Positions 62,200 to 64,000 of a stretch of 64,000 nt of DNA are shown here, piece by piece. This DNA comes from Escherichia coli. Lineage in GTDB: Bacteria > Pseudomonadota > Gammaproteobacteria > Enterobacterales > Enterobacteriaceae. The notes below the pieces were generated by a model. That model was given only the letters and a program-made list of their open reading frames with translations. It made no database searches and was not told the origin of the DNA. Position numbers and translations under genes: made by a program. Each line of letters opens with the position of its first letter. The first letter of the stretch is position 1. The stretch is from NCBI RefSeq assembly GCF_003790525.1, contig NZ_CP033635.1. One strand, given 5' to 3'.

Positions 62200-62498
62200 A
62201 TGACAAAAACAGTATCAACCAGTAAAAACCCCGTAAACAGCATTCGCCTGAATTTCTCAGTGAAGCCCTGAAACTTGCTGAACGCATCGGTGTTGCTGCC
62301 GCAGCCCGTGAACTCAGCCTGTATGAATCACAGCTCTATGCGTGGCGCAGCAAACTGCAGCAACAAATGAGTTCGTCAGAGCGTGAAAGTGAACTGGCCG
62401 CTGAAAATGCCTGCCTGAAGCGGCAACTGGCGGAGCAGGCAGAGGAACTGGCTATCCTCCAAAAGGCCGCGACATACTTTGCGAATCGTCTGAAATGA
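62200..62498 (+). pseudogene. insE: IS3 orfA (insE) inactivated by a 1-nt deletion in an A-run
   Basis: It reads ATG ACA AAA ACA GTA TCA ACC AGT AAA AAC CCC GTA AAC ... TGA, with a stop after 23 codons. K-12 IS3 has AGT AAA AAA CCC CGT AAA CAG (one more A). The ORF track lists no orfA-sized ORF of 60 aa or more here, and the element is 1 nt shorter than 1258 bp. Confidence 0.75.
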
Positions 62499-63361
62499 AG
62501 TATGTCTTTATTGAAAAACATCAGGCTGAGTTCAGCATCAAAGCAATGTGCCGCGTGCTCCGGGTGGCCCGCAGCGGCTGGTATACGTGGTGTCAGCGGC
62601 GGACAAGGATAAGCACGCGTCAGCAGTTCCGCCAACACTGCGACAGCGTTGTCCTCGCGGCTTTTACCCGGTCAAAACAGCGTTACGGTGCCCCACGCCT
62701 GACGGATGAACTGCGTGCTCAGGGTTACCCCTTTAACGTAAAAACCGTGGCGGCAAGCCTGCGCCGTCAGGGACTGAGGGCAAAGGCCTCCCGGAAGTTC
62801 AGCCCGGTCAGCTACCGCGCACACGGCCTGCCTGTGTCAGAAAATCTGTTGGAGCAGGATTTTTACGCCAGTGGCCCGAACCAGAAGTGGGCAGGAGACA
62901 TCACGTACTTACGTACAGATGAAGGCTGGCTGTATCTGGCAGTGGTCATTGACCTGTGGTCACGTGCCGTTATTGGCTGGTCAATGTCGCCACGCATGAC
63001 GGCGCAACTGGCCTGCGATGCCCTGCAGATGGCGCTGTGGCGGCGTAAGAGGCCCCGGAACGTTATCGTTCACACGGACCGTGGAGGCCAGTACTGTTCA
63101 GCAGATTATCAGGCGCAACTGAAGCGGCATAATCTGCGTGGAAGTATGAGCGCAAAAGGTTGCTGCTACGATAATGCCTGCGTGGAAAGCTTCTTTCATT
63201 CGCTGAAAGTGGAATGTATCCATGGAGAACACTTTATCAGCCGGGAAATAATGCGGGCAACGGTGTTTAATTATATCGAATGTGATTACAATCGGTGGCG
63301 GCGGCACAGTTGGTGTGGCGGCCTCAGTCCGGAACAATTTGAAAACAAGAACCTCGCTTAG
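62495..63361 (+). CDS. insF: IS3 transposase orfB (DDE/rve domain)
   Basis: 288 aa beginning [32 protein letters not shown]. It contains the motifs [16 protein letters not shown] and [11 protein letters not shown]. Confidence 0.93.
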
Positions 63362-63511
63362 GCCTGTGTCCATATTACGTGGGTAGGATCACATAACCTG
63401 AAATGGCACTAATGGCCAGAGCTTACTAATACATAATCCCTACAGGATGTAGCCACCAGTTTTGTTCATCCGGTATTCTGATTTGGTAACATGCTCCAGA
63501 AAGGAAGAAAT

Positions 63512-64000
63512 ATGTACTGCAATGAATTAAAAGAATTTGCGCAAGAGCAGGAACAAAAACTTATCAGTGCGCTTGCTGATACCAGAGAGCACCCGTCCCC
63601 CGATGGTGAAACAAGAAGCCGGGATAATTATCAACGGGATTACGCGCGTATTCTGTATTCATCATCATTTCGCAGGCTGCAGGGAAAGATGCAACTTTTT
63701 GAAATTGATCCTGAAAAATTCAACAGAAACAGATTAACGCACAGTCTTGAGGTTGCTCAGATCGCCCGAAGTATCGCGTCAGACCTCAAACTGATTAACC
63801 CGGTGGTGGTTGAACTGGCAGCGCTGGCGCATGACATCGGAAATCCTCCTTTCGGTCATTCCGGTGAAAAACTGCTTAATGAACTGTCTGAAGAAATCGG
63901 CGGCTATGAAGGTAATGCACAGGCGCTACGTATCCTGAGAAAACTGGAGAAGAAATTTTCATACTGCAACGGATTAAATCTGACTCACCGTAGTTTACTT
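63512..64000 (+). CDS. Dgt-family dGTP/dNTP triphosphohydrolase (HD domain), 5' 163 codons; continues past the right edge
   Basis: This gene is not in the ORF track because it has no stop in the window. Manual translation from the ATG at 63512 (RBS AGGAAG) gives MYCNELKEFAQEQEQKLISALADTREHPSPDGETRSRDNYQRDYARILYSSSFRRLQGKMQLF...NRLTHSLEVAQIARSIA...AALAHDIGNPPFGHSGE...YEGNAQALRIL. These are the canonical dGTPase motifs (RD-x-RI-x-S-x-FRRL, RLTHSLEV, HD-GNPPFGH, EGNAQ). Confidence 0.85.
   Translation, partial: MYCNELKEFAQEQEQKLISALADTREHPSPDGETRSRDNYQRDYARILYSSSFRRLQGKMQLFEIDPEKFNRNRLTHSLEVAQIARSIASDLKLINPVVVELAALAHDIGNPPFGHSGEKLLNELSEEIGGYEGNAQALRILRKLEKKFSYCNGLNLTHRSLL

Larger units (their letters stand above)
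62135..63391 (+). mobile_element. IS3 copy (1257 bp)
   Basis: The left end tgatcttacccagcaatagtggacac and right end gggtaggatca are the IS3 inverted repeats. The internal orfB is identical to the IS3 InsF I remember. The flanks (..gact | cata..) show no 3-bp duplication. Confidence 0.9.

Noticed and set aside
63537-63737. 66-aa ORF reported by the track near the right edge
   Set aside because: It is out of frame within the dGTPase coding region. The dGTPase frame, which is open to the window end, carries strong conserved motifs.

Overview
The window is Escherichia coli chromosome. Identifications come from reading the ORF translations and the DNA by eye, with no database search. Text-derived coordinates for non-ORF features may be off by 1-2 nt.

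Positions 1-28.8 kb are conserved core genome, in reverse orientation relative to the K-12 map as I remember it: orn (edge fragment), rsgA, psd, mscM, yjeO, yjeN, yjeM, epmA, frdABCD, ampC, blc, gdx(sugE), ecnB, ecnA, efp, epmB, yjeJ, yjeI, groLS, yjeH, fxsA, aspA, dcuA, cutA, dsbD, yjdC and tRNA-Phe (pheU). This part looks ordinary.

From the 3' end of tRNA-Phe (28.79 kb) to the right edge is a composite genomic island of more than 35 kb. In order it contains:
- a P4-type integrase
- the complete raffinose operon rafR-rafABD-rafY
- an IS1 copy disrupted by an IS2 end fragment
- a TPR-like gene and an extra phosphoethanolamine-transferase gene
- a WYL-regulator-led operon encoding a glycine-zipper membrane protein, a membrane-associated HNH nuclease and a YkgJ-type Cys-cluster protein
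- an outer-membrane beta-barrel gene
- a second, decayed integrase 3' end
- a five-gene type I R-M operon, hsdR-hsdM-hsdS plus an ABC-type ATPase and a PLD-fold-like protein
- an ISL3 remnant
- a MazG-like NTP pyrophosphohydrolase
- a HigB-like toxin with an XRE-ImmA/IrrE metallopeptidase partner
- a translationally coupled thymidylate-synthase-like gene plus a 314-aa unknown
- an IS3 copy with a frameshifted orfA
- the 5' part of a Dgt-type dGTPase, which has no stop in the window and so is absent from the ORF track

The best candidates for an undescribed system are:
1. the WYL / glycine-zipper / HNH-membrane / YkgJ operon (42.4-46.3 kb)
2. the TS-like + 314-aa pair, within a nucleotide-metabolism-themed cluster (58.3-64 kb)
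3. the ATPase + PLD-like pair fused to the type I R-M operon (48.1-50.6 kb)
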